Below are positions 1 to 8,842 of a stretch of DNA of 64,000 nt, piece after piece. Source of the stretch: an uncultured virus (IMG/VR IMGVR_UViG_3300023178_000038) (taxonomy: Duplodnaviria; Heunggongvirae; Uroviricota; Caudoviricetes); the IMG/VR virus record IMGVR_UViG_3300023178_000038; one strand, 5' to 3'. The translations under genes and the position numbers were made by a program. Each line of letters starts with the position of its first letter. The stretch's first letter is position 1. The notes under the pieces are model-generated. The model worked only from the letters and a program-made list of their open reading frames with translations. It searched no databases and had not been told where the DNA came from.

Positions 1-4
1 AACA

Positions 5-45
5 TACTCTAAAGACCGCTAAGGTGGATTAGCGGTCTTAGAGTA
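5..45 (-). terminator. Long hairpin downstream of the major capsid gene (terminator or mRNA 3' stabiliser)
   Basis: TACTCT-A-AAGACCGCTAA / TTAGCGGTCTT-AGAGTA inverted repeat; identical at 41666-41706; U-tract weak. Confidence 0.65.
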
Positions 46-61
46 TTAATAATTAGTAGGA

Positions 62-1108
62 TTAACCTACTACGTTGTCGATTGCACAGTGATATTGTTG
101 TGGTCCGAAATCGAAAGCCATTTCCATATATACTGCTTTTGCAATTCTTGCGTTATCGTTTTGATCTAAGTCTCTTACAAACATAGTTCCATAACCTGGA
201 ATGTTAAGGAATACTGGTTTGACAAAAGATAGGTCAGCGATAAATGCTTGCTTAGAACCAGAAATAGTTCCTGCAGGCAAGAAGTCAGACAATGCCATTC
301 CGAGTGATCCGAATGGTGTGACGATTGTATCAATGTCAACACCTCCGACATTTCTGTCTCTTGGTAAAATACCGTAGTTTACGGTTCCTACTGAAGCACT
401 AATCAATTCTTTGTTAAGATCCAACAACATTGTTGGAGAAACAAAAAGTACTGGTTGTCTCATTGGTGCGCCTGCGTCATATAACGCTTTCATAGCGTCA
501 GCAATGATAGCCCAGTTTAATTTTTGTGCTGCAGGAGTTCCTCCTCCGTCATCATTGTTGACAGAGTTTCCGCCTGATAAGTCTTGGTGTTCTTTAAGAC
601 CTCTCATCTGACGATTACCTGTGGTACCGTCATTGTAAGAAGCGTTAAATGCTGACCATTCGACTTTCTTTGCTACTGTTTCTAATACTAATTCCATTTG
701 ATAAGCTAACTCATCAGTAATTGGATTTGTTCCTGCTAATGCTAATGCAGGATCAGAGTTTTTATAGTTACCGCTAAGATCAAACGGTACAATTTCCGCA
801 GAAGCTGCTTGTGCAGTATAAGATACTTGTGCTGCTTCATGGAAAATTTGTAGAACACCTTGTTGTGCTGATCTGCTTCTACCTGAATAGTTAGGTGCGC
901 CACCTTCATCATCAGGAGTAACAGAGGTCACAGTTGCATTGTCTTGTGTTTGGAATTGGAAGAATGTGCTTTGTATTGCGTCTCCACCATTCAAACCACC
1001 TGCTGCTGCAAGTAATGGTGTTCTATGAGGTGTGATCTTAAACAGTTCACCAGTAAAGTTGTTCACGTCACTAGCGACTATAGGATTTGCACCTGATATT
1101 GCTGCCAT
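62..1108 (-). CDS. Major capsid protein (HK97 fold, DUF5309/SU10-like), copy A
   Basis: 348 aa; follows scaffold; TP..., QIFHEAAQVSYTAQA, ELAYQ, RQMRGL, IVTPFG motifs typical of this MCP group. Confidence 0.85.
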   Translation of the reverse strand: MAAISGANPIVASDVNNFTGELFKITPHRTPLLAAAGGLNGGDAIQSTFFQFQTQDNATVTSVTPDDEGGAPNYSGRSRSAQQGVLQIFHEAAQVSYTAQAASAEIVPFDLSGNYKNSDPALALAGTNPITDELAYQMELVLETVAKKVEWSAFNASYNDGTTGNRQMRGLKEHQDLSGGNSVNNDDGGGTPAAQKLNWAIIADAMKALYDAGAPMRQPVLFVSPTMLLDLNKELISASVGTVNYGILPRDRNVGGVDIDTIVTPFGSLGMALSDFLPAGTISGSKQAFIADLSFVKPVFLNIPGYGTMFVRDLDQNDNARIAKAVYMEMAFDFGPQQYHCAIDNVVG

Positions 1109-1136
1109 GTTTAAATGTGCCTTTCTCTCTTACGAG

Positions 1137-1583
1137 TTATTTTCTTTTAAGTTCTTCTTGTAAAGCTAATTTTGCTCTTAGACTATCTCTAACAGAAGTG
1201 TCTCCACTTGCTATAACGTCTTGCATTTTCTGTGTCCAATCTGCAGGTTGTGCAGCTGCAGAGTTTTGTTGTATTTGTGTTAGCTTGTCGTCACTTTCAG
1301 CGATCTTTGCAGCAGCTACTTCGTTGTTCTGCTGTACTTCAGTATCGATATTGTAAGTTTCTTTAAGCCATGAACCTAGTTCTGCAGTATCTGGTTTTCC
1401 ATCATAAAGATCGTAAGCCATCTTACCTGTGCCAGAATTAGGATCTAATCCAACATCTTTAAACAAAGAAGTCTTTACAACATTCTTTAGTTCTTTATTC
1501 TCTTGTTCTACAGATTTAAGTTTTTCCCTTAAACCTTTTATGCCTTCGTTAGTTTCGTTGCTTTCCATTATTTCGTCTGTCAT
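1137..1583 (-). CDS. Putative capsid scaffolding protein, copy A
   Basis: 148 aa, coiled-coil N-terminus, directly upstream of MCP, GGAG RBS. Confidence 0.7.
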   Translation of the reverse strand: MTDEIMESNETNEGIKGLREKLKSVEQENKELKNVVKTSLFKDVGLDPNSGTGKMAYDLYDGKPDTAELGSWLKETYNIDTEVQQNNEVAAAKIAESDDKLTQIQQNSAAAQPADWTQKMQDVIASGDTSVRDSLRAKLALQEELKRK

Positions 1584-1805
1584 TGATATTCTCCATTTCT
1601 CACACTATTACACTATTCTCCAATAAGGTGTGGATCGTATTGGGAGTGATTACAGTATTTGTTTACATGCTGAATGGGCGCTGTAATTACGCATACAACA
1701 CCTCTACGAATTTAATACGTGGCTAGGACGTAGGAACCCTAAACCAGAATGGCGATCTATTTTTTACCTAGCGGATACTGCCCACGCCAGTAATATTATT
1801 ATAAC
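1584..1805 (-). promoter_or_regulatory. Extended -10 promoter (TGtTATAAT) plus ~200 nt conserved structured 5' leader of the scaffold/capsid operon
   Basis: Nearly identical at 43249-43473 (TGcTATACT); helices ATTACAG/CTGTAAT, CTCCCAATA/TATTGGAG, CGTGG/CCACG; possible pseudoknot AGGTGT/ACACCT. Confidence 0.7.
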
Positions 1806-1937
1806 ACATAAAAGTACTGCTACGAGATTTTTTCCTGATTGTGTTAATTTTATTTTATAAGCGTCATTCCACCATGTCCATGCTTTGTCAGCAACAAAGT
1901 GACCTTTTTTATTTCTTGCTCTAACCCATTTAAACAT
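1764..1937 (-). CDS. 57 aa small membrane protein (MFKWVRARNKKGHFVADK...), copy A only
   Basis: Hand-translated; TAATG coupling with upstream gene; hydrophobic C-terminus. Confidence 0.6.
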   Translation of the reverse strand: MFKWVRARNKKGHFVADKAWTWWNDAYKIKLTQSGKNLVAVLLCVIIILLAWAVSAR

Positions 1938-3238
1938 TATTGTTCTACCAATCCTGTAACACCTGCTTGTGTAACTGCAGCGCCACCTTCTCTTGTAAAG
2001 ACTGTAGCTTGTTCTGCTTCTAGTCTTTCTCTTACTTGATCTGCAACACCTTCACCAAAGACTTCGCTTTCTATAAACTCTGATAGTCCAAATATATCTT
2101 CTCTACCAGTAAACCTTCTAGCTAATCTTTGCAATCTTGGTAGCTGTGTCTCTGCTCTAGCTGCTAACTGTTGCGCACCAGTACCAGACAAACCTGCACT
2201 AACTAATCGTTGTGCTTGTTCTTGTGATATTGCAAAATCTTGTTCTAAGAATGCACCACCTATTTGTGATACATTAACTCTTTGTTCGATAATATCTGCT
2301 GATACATCTTCTGATATAAAACTAGCAAATATAGCTTCATCTGTAATATCTTCTGTAGTAGGAAAGATATTAGGATAGTTGTTAACATAGTATTGTTTTA
2401 CTGCGTCAAACTGTGGAAACAAACTGTTGTATGCAACATTAAGTCTTTGCTCAAATACTCTAGGTGCAACATCATTTTCAAACAATGTCTCTATCTGTCC
2501 CTCAAAGTATTCTGGATTAAGGTTGTAATCTTGTAACAAGTTCCCATAGTCTTCACGTATCTTTAGGTAATCAAGCTCTGGTGTATCTGTTTCTATACGT
2601 AGTGTTGTGCCATCTTCTCTAAATATTCCAGGAAACTTATCTTTGTATGCTTGTGTAGTTCTAAGATTTCTTAATGCTTCTTCTTCATCACCACCATTAG
2701 TATTAAACTCTTGTAAAAATGTATCTATAAGATCATCACCTAACCATGAATAATTAAGTCTTGCATATTCTCTTGCGTCAAACTCTTCTACTGGATCGCC
2801 AGGTACTTCTGTAGTTCCTGGAGGTGGTGGTGGTGCAGGAGGTCCTTCATCTACTGGACCTAAATCTTGTTCTTCTATGCTTCCGTCACTGTATATTGTT
2901 TGTAATACATTTCTACCATTTTTTATAACTGTTTGTGTAGAAACTATTGTACGTAAAGCACCGCCTGTTAATTCATCTCCGCCCAATGGATCACTTGGTG
3001 GTTCACTTGGCGGTATAATTTCGTCTGGTGGTTGTGATATTATTCCTGCAGCTTCTGCTGCACCTGCACTAGCTTCAACAACTTCTTCTATAGTTTGATC
3101 TGGTGCAAAGTCAAAAACTGGTGCTGACACAATATTTCTAACTTGTGTTCTGTCTGGTGCAGTAGGTGTAGTTCTAGGTGGCTCTAATCCATCTATAGTT
3201 ATACCTTGTAACTGTGCAAGTCTAGCTAATATGCTCAT
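1937..3238 (-). CDS. Putative virion/internal protein, Pro-rich N-terminus
   Basis: 433 aa; homologue 43499-44764 with near-identical C-terminus. Confidence 0.6.
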   Translation of the reverse strand: MSILARLAQLQGITIDGLEPPRTTPTAPDRTQVRNIVSAPVFDFAPDQTIEEVVEASAGAAEAAGIISQPPDEIIPPSEPPSDPLGGDELTGGALRTIVSTQTVIKNGRNVLQTIYSDGSIEEQDLGPVDEGPPAPPPPPGTTEVPGDPVEEFDAREYARLNYSWLGDDLIDTFLQEFNTNGGDEEEALRNLRTTQAYKDKFPGIFREDGTTLRIETDTPELDYLKIREDYGNLLQDYNLNPEYFEGQIETLFENDVAPRVFEQRLNVAYNSLFPQFDAVKQYYVNNYPNIFPTTEDITDEAIFASFISEDVSADIIEQRVNVSQIGGAFLEQDFAISQEQAQRLVSAGLSGTGAQQLAARAETQLPRLQRLARRFTGREDIFGLSEFIESEVFGEGVADQVRERLEAEQATVFTREGGAAVTQAGVTGLVEQ

Positions 3239-4479
3239 TGAAATCTACCTCCGCCTGTGGCTCTTTGTCCTGCTCTACCAAAAGATTTTTCCATCTTAGC
3301 TGCTAATGTATCTCTATAAGTTTGTGTACCTAATTTAGCTGCTTCTCCAAATGCAATATCTTCTCTTTCTTTTACATCATTTGTTGCAAAAAACTTTTGC
3401 CATGCAGGTGACGTTTCATCTGCTTTTTGTCCTGTAATACTTTCCCATTCATTTCTAAAAGCACCTGCTGCAGTTTCGTATGATTTTACTTCTGTACCTT
3501 GAAACTGTGAATATTTAGTTTGAAATGCTGCTTCTACTTGTGGTATGAACACCTCGCTATACCATGCAGGATTAGCTTGTGCTTCTTTATATACAGCTTC
3601 TAAGTCATAGTTTTCACTAGCACCAGGTCCAATAATTTGATCTATACCTAATGCTAAATCTCTTGTAGCAAGTATTGTGTCAAAACTTTGTCCTGTTAAT
3701 ACAGCTTGTACTTCTGGATCTGGTGTATATCTTATACGATCATTTACCATCTTATCTAATATCTTGCCTAGTTCATCTTCATCAGATATAGTTCCTTTAC
3801 TAAACAAATTAGTTAGACCTGCAACTACATCTGCATTTATTGTTTGCACACCACGTGCAATCATACCGTCAACAATTGTTTGTTGTGTGTTTAAAACTTT
3901 TTCTTTATATTGTGCAGGATCACTTGCAAACAACTCTGCTGCTGCACGTTCTGTAGGTGTATGTGTTTTCCACCAAGTAGTTCTTTGTAGATCTGCTGCT
4001 CTAACTTGTTTACCTTCTAGTGCATTCTCTATAGCTATAGCTAAGAAATCTAATCTACCATCTTCATCTTCTGACAATATCCACTCACTATATTTAGCTT
4101 CTTCTTTTAATGCTTCTACTAAGTGATCATAAGGTTCTGCACCTGGTTCTGCTGTAGAAAACAATAACTGGTTAGCATTACCAAAATAAAAGCTATTACT
4201 ATAGTCTTGTCCTGTAATACTTGATGTACCTTCAATAATATTAAAGTCACTATCTACAACAACATTTGCTACTAAATTATTTCCTGCTACTTTTTCTTTT
4301 ACTGCGTTCCAATCTGATATTTCGTAACGCCATGTAAACACCCCCCCGCTTCCTTCAAAGCTAGGTAATTGTGCAACAAGATAGAATTTACTACCAAATT
4401 CTGTTATTTCTTCCCATATCTCAAAGTCTTTAGATATAGTGTTTATAAGTCTATTTGCTGATTTATCTTGTACTGCCAT
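3235..4479 (-). CDS. Putative virion/internal protein
   Basis: 414 aa; homologue 44761-46020 shares TTWWKTHT motif. Confidence 0.55.
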   Translation of the reverse strand: MAVQDKSANRLINTISKDFEIWEEITEFGSKFYLVAQLPSFEGSGGVFTWRYEISDWNAVKEKVAGNNLVANVVVDSDFNIIEGTSSITGQDYSNSFYFGNANQLLFSTAEPGAEPYDHLVEALKEEAKYSEWILSEDEDGRLDFLAIAIENALEGKQVRAADLQRTTWWKTHTPTERAAAELFASDPAQYKEKVLNTQQTIVDGMIARGVQTINADVVAGLTNLFSKGTISDEDELGKILDKMVNDRIRYTPDPEVQAVLTGQSFDTILATRDLALGIDQIIGPGASENYDLEAVYKEAQANPAWYSEVFIPQVEAAFQTKYSQFQGTEVKSYETAAGAFRNEWESITGQKADETSPAWQKFFATNDVKEREDIAFGEAAKLGTQTYRDTLAAKMEKSFGRAGQRATGGGRFQ

Positions 4480-6317
4480 TAATATTGTCCACTAAATGTC
4501 CTACTTATTCTATCATACATAGGATCTCTTTCTTTCTCTTTTGTTTGCCCTGATGTCAATGTTTTACCTAATGTATCTTCAATAGGTACATAGCCAAAAC
4601 CTGTAACTGCACCAGTATCGCCTACTTCACTTATAAGTTTGCCTGCTTTTTTTAATACTATATCTGTTGGTGATACAGCTTCTATCCAATCTAATGATTT
4701 ATTTACTCTTTGCCAATCATATTCGTAATCGTCTAAATTTATTTTATATCCTGCTGCGCCTGCCATAGTTTCCAACATATTGTTTGCTTGGTTTTTTACA
4801 AATGTATCTATGTCTGGTGCAAAACCATACGCTAATCCTGCAGTCATAACAAATGTTTCATAGTAATCTAATGCTTCCATAATAGCTGCACCGATAGGTC
4901 CACCTGCTAATGGATTTACTACTCCTAATCTTTTACCTAAATTTTTACCTCTGTCTGCTATTCTTTTTTTAGCTTTTTCTTTAAGTGTTTGTTCAGGATT
5001 TATAATGTTTATAATTTCATCTGACAATGTGTTTATGTTGCCAGTGCCTTTAACAGTGGGAATAACATTATCATTTAAAAATAATATACGTGCGTCTTTT
5101 GACGTAGATACAGTTCTGTCCATGTTTCTCATGCCTGACATAATGTAATCACTTTCTATATGTTTAGTAACATTTTCAGGTATATCCAATACCTGTGTTG
5201 TGTCAACATCACTATATAAATTAAGTGGTTTCATAAATGTCTCTGTTTGTTTTCTATCTACTTCGAGTTGAAACTTAATTTGATCTGTTGTATTAGCAGG
5301 TTGTATATCTACAATGTCTCCATTTAATATAATATAACTTTTCTGACCTTTATCTTCTACAACATTTGTATAAGACAGCATGTCAGCATTACCAAATTCA
5401 TCTAAAAACTCACTGCCGTTGTATAAATTTTTTGATTTAGCTAATGCTTGATTTGGACTGATAATACCATCACGTACTTGGTCTGCAGTTGCAATGTCTA
5501 ACTCTGCAATAAAACCACCTGCACTAACACCGTTCCAATCTAAATTGCCATCATATCCTGCAACATATCTTTGTAGATTATTTGCCATATTATCAGCGTC
5601 AGACAAACGGATATGTGTACCATCAAAAGCTAGATATACTTCACCAATGTCTTTAAATTTAGCTTGCACTGCTTCTGGTTTCATAGTTATTTCATACAAA
5701 ATATCATTTGTAAAATACTCTGGTGCGTTTAATTTACTTTGACTTTTTATCCAACTATCAAATTGTGGTCCAGAATATACCTCATCAACTTGTCCTAATT
5801 CATCGAAATCAACATAAGCATATTCTTGTGTCTCAATAATATCTGGTTTCCTGCCTTGCAATGTGCTTCTTATTACGTCATCAGACCAAAATAATCTCAT
5901 TGTAGCTCTATCATCTTCCATAAAACCCATTATTCTAACTTCGTGTATGTATGGTTTATCTGTATTTAATTTATAAAAAATACTTTCATCATAAAATAAA
6001 GGATTTGATCTGCTACTATCAAATGTTTTTTTATAGTCTTCTGCTGCAATCATGAAATCACTACTGTAATTTTCTAATTTATCATCAACATATTGTCCTG
6101 CAGTTTTAATAATTTTATTTATATTGTCATCACCAAAAGTTCCTGCTCTTCTGTCTACAGCAGCATTGTATGTACCAACGTGAAATCCTATATCGTAATT
6201 TATATTATCTGCTGCTATTACGCCTTTTGGTCCTTTTATAAAACCACCTGAACCATGATATAATTTTTTTGGTGGCAAATTATCTGGTACTGGTATTTGT
6301 TCAACCATTTTTACCAA
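4479..6317 (-). CDS. Putative internal virion protein with ADP-ribosyltransferase-like motifs (start possibly 6308)
   Basis: LYHGS...GFHVGT..AA..R and D.LSYTNVVEDKGQKSYIIL resemble ART-like domains of phage polyvalent proteins. Confidence 0.5.
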   Translation of the reverse strand: MVKMVEQIPVPDNLPPKKLYHGSGGFIKGPKGVIAADNINYDIGFHVGTYNAAVDRRAGTFGDDNINKIIKTAGQYVDDKLENYSSDFMIAAEDYKKTFDSSRSNPLFYDESIFYKLNTDKPYIHEVRIMGFMEDDRATMRLFWSDDVIRSTLQGRKPDIIETQEYAYVDFDELGQVDEVYSGPQFDSWIKSQSKLNAPEYFTNDILYEITMKPEAVQAKFKDIGEVYLAFDGTHIRLSDADNMANNLQRYVAGYDGNLDWNGVSAGGFIAELDIATADQVRDGIISPNQALAKSKNLYNGSEFLDEFGNADMLSYTNVVEDKGQKSYIILNGDIVDIQPANTTDQIKFQLEVDRKQTETFMKPLNLYSDVDTTQVLDIPENVTKHIESDYIMSGMRNMDRTVSTSKDARILFLNDNVIPTVKGTGNINTLSDEIINIINPEQTLKEKAKKRIADRGKNLGKRLGVVNPLAGGPIGAAIMEALDYYETFVMTAGLAYGFAPDIDTFVKNQANNMLETMAGAAGYKINLDDYEYDWQRVNKSLDWIEAVSPTDIVLKKAGKLISEVGDTGAVTGFGYVPIEDTLGKTLTSGQTKEKERDPMYDRISRTFSGQY

Positions 6318-7245
6318 ACCATTTATTAAATTTCTGTATTACTGCATTTCCTAAAACACCGTGTTTTGGTGGTTTTTCTCCTGGTGCTAAACCTAGTATC
6401 TCATTTATTTTATTTTCGTATGCTATACCTAGTTCTTCCATTTTTGTTAAAAAACCTTCTAATTTATCTTTTTCTTTTTTTGGATTTGGTGGTGTGTATA
6501 TATCAAATGGATAACCTGCCTGTGTTTTACCTGGCATTGTTGTGGTTGTAGTTGTTGGTAAATTTACAGGTCCCATTGTTGTAGTTGTTGGTATATATTG
6601 TGAATAGTCAAATAAAAACTCTTCTTCATCTACTAATCTATTTTCTAAACCTTTAATAACATTAGGATCACTTTCCGCTATTGTTTTTGCCATAAGTTTT
6701 GTAATAGTATTTCTATCTCTTTTACTTACAGCTTCGTACAGTGATTTACCTACTATGTCATTACCTCTGTTAAATGTAGCAATAATTAAATAATCAAACT
6801 CTCTTTGTGATAATGGCGTATTGTAATTGACCATACGATTATAAACATTCTTTTCAAACTCTTGTAAATCTTGTACTAATAATTCTTCAGCTTCTTCTGC
6901 TGTAATTACCATGCCTTCTTTTACAGGTACACCACTACTTCTACCTGTATGTCCGTAACCAATAGTCCAATTACCTGCACCATCATCATACGCTTCTAGT
7001 TCTATTTTTTCTTTATCTTTTAAAAAGTCAATAGCAGCTTGTGATGTTTTGTGTTCTATAATTTCAGTTTCGTCTTGTGGTACTTCGTTATTAAAAACAC
7101 CTATAGGTGATAAATAATTTACTTGTCCTGTATAGTCAGATACATCAACCACTAGCCAACCTGGACATGCTATCAAGAGTGCCAAACAAGTAGCTAAGAT
7201 CATTTCTTTCCTTTGTTGCTTGCTCTGTTGCTCGTACCTCTGCAC
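6301..7245 (-). CDS. Virion-associated GH24-type lysozyme (true start probably GTG near 7152)
   Basis: DFLKDKE..ELEAYDDGAGNWTIGYGHT, FNRG, GLENR motifs. Confidence 0.85.
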   Translation of the reverse strand: MQRYEQQSKQQRKEMILATCLALLIACPGWLVVDVSDYTGQVNYLSPIGVFNNEVPQDETEIIEHKTSQAAIDFLKDKEKIELEAYDDGAGNWTIGYGHTGRSSGVPVKEGMVITAEEAEELLVQDLQEFEKNVYNRMVNYNTPLSQREFDYLIIATFNRGNDIVGKSLYEAVSKRDRNTITKLMAKTIAESDPNVIKGLENRLVDEEEFLFDYSQYIPTTTTMGPVNLPTTTTTTMPGKTQAGYPFDIYTPPNPKKEKDKLEGFLTKMEELGIAYENKINEILGLAPGEKPPKHGVLGNAVIQKFNKWFGKNG

Positions 7246-8842
7246 CTAATACACTGTCTGCATACTCTTGCAAACTAGCTTGTGGTGCTTCAGGTACTGT
7301 CAAATTCTTATCTGCACCAGGAAACATACGTTGTGCTAAGTCATAATTCTTGTTAAAGTTAGCAACTGCAGTTTCATAGTCTTTACTTGCTTCAGTATAG
7401 AAGTCTGCAAAAGCTACCATCTCTGCTTCTGATAATTCTCTATCAATACCTATTGCACTTAACGCACCATCTATTTCTGCTTTTATTTGTGTAGGGCTTG
7501 GCTCTACAAATACTTTAGGAAGTAATGGTGGTCTCTTGTATAGTCTTGCTTTCTCTTCTGTTAGATGTGTTCCAATATCTGCTAATTCATAGTTAGCATT
7601 AGTCATGGCTTCTAGCATAGCTCTTTGGCTTGCTGATCCCCAACTACCTTGTTCAAAAAACCATTCGTCATAGGTTAAGTAACCTGCTTGTAATAAATCT
7701 GTTTGTACTGCTAATCTCTCTTGTGGCAACATGTTGTAACCAATTTGTATGTGATCTTGCCCACCATACTGTTTAGCTGCTTGTTCTTCTGTAAGTGTTA
7801 TTGTCTCTGCTGCTAAATCACCAGGTGTAAGTTCTTTGCCTTCTTCAAATACTGCTGCTAGGTCTGGATTTTTATATACTGTATATCCAGGAGTAATACC
7901 ACCAAATAATCCGTAACCTGGAATATCTACTTGATCTGATAATGCAGCTTTAGCTTGTTCTACTGCAGCAGCTTCTTGTGTTCTTATTAATGTATAACCA
8001 CCATCAAGTTGACCTTCTTCTAGTGCTATATATTCACTATCTGAAACTGTAAGTTTTTCTATTTCAAGAGTTTCGTTATTTATTTTTGTTATCTGACCAC
8101 CTGCTTGTTCAACAGTCTTGTATGTATTGTCAGATATATCTTTTACTCTGTTGTTATACTCACCACTAAATTCATATTTACCTGGATCACCAGACATTAT
8201 TGGTTCATACAAAACAGTTGGTTGTGTTCTAAATCCTTTTTTAGGTACTTTTGTTCTACCAGGATCAGTCTCTCTAAATATTTGCATAGTGTCTTCTGGA
8301 TTGTCATAATTCTTTTTGTATCTGTCATATTCACCAGATGAAAACAATACAACACCTTTACCACCGCCTGGTTTAACTAATGCACCAATTTGACCTGTAG
8401 CGTCATACCATTCATCTAACTTATCTACAAGATAATCAAAATACTCTTGGCTCTCTTCTGCTGCTTTTATACCTGCAGAGACATCAAGTCCTTCTAATAT
8501 GTCTGCACGTACGTCAAGTGGTGTATTTACTAACCATGCTGTATATTGTCCAGGTGCGTAACCTGCGTTTCTACCTTCTAATTCAACACTTGCAATAGCT
8601 TCGTTAAGTGCGTTAGTCATAACATTCTTAGTTGTTCTGTTTATACCTAATCCAGTTTCAGCTTGTCTATTTAAACTTTGATCGTATATAGCTAATGCAG
8701 TATTTACTTTTGCAATAAACAATGCGTCTGATATGCCTTCTTTAACAAGACCATTCAATTCTTTAGCAAATTCAGCGCTATCGTCTAATTGTCTTTGCGC
8801 TTTAATACTGTCTACGAGTGCTTGCTTATATTCTTCTGTCAC
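7145..8842 (-). CDS. Putative internal virion protein
   Basis: 565 aa; QTDLLQAGYL...GSWG peptidoglycan-binding-like stretch; homologue 52070-53869. Confidence 0.55.
   Translation of the reverse strand: MTEEYKQALVDSIKAQRQLDDSAEFAKELNGLVKEGISDALFIAKVNTALAIYDQSLNRQAETGLGINRTTKNVMTNALNEAIASVELEGRNAGYAPGQYTAWLVNTPLDVRADILEGLDVSAGIKAAEESQEYFDYLVDKLDEWYDATGQIGALVKPGGGKGVVLFSSGEYDRYKKNYDNPEDTMQIFRETDPGRTKVPKKGFRTQPTVLYEPIMSGDPGKYEFSGEYNNRVKDISDNTYKTVEQAGGQITKINNETLEIEKLTVSDSEYIALEEGQLDGGYTLIRTQEAAAVEQAKAALSDQVDIPGYGLFGGITPGYTVYKNPDLAAVFEEGKELTPGDLAAETITLTEEQAAKQYGGQDHIQIGYNMLPQERLAVQTDLLQAGYLTYDEWFFEQGSWGSASQRAMLEAMTNANYELADIGTHLTEEKARLYKRPPLLPKVFVEPSPTQIKAEIDGALSAIGIDRELSEAEMVAFADFYTEASKDYETAVANFNKNYDLAQRMFPGADKNLTVPEAPQASLQEYADSVLGAEVRATEQATKERNDLSYLFGTLDSMSRLASG

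Noticed and set aside
1..1800. Terminal direct repeat of a single genome
   Set aside because: The copies differ by many synonymous and amino-acid changes and the similarity extends over 19 kb
7153..7245. Signal-peptide-like N-termini on the lysozyme and on the SLT (46880-46957)
   Set aside because: They lie in overlaps with upstream genes; downstream starts next to the upstream stop are more parsimonious, though not excluded
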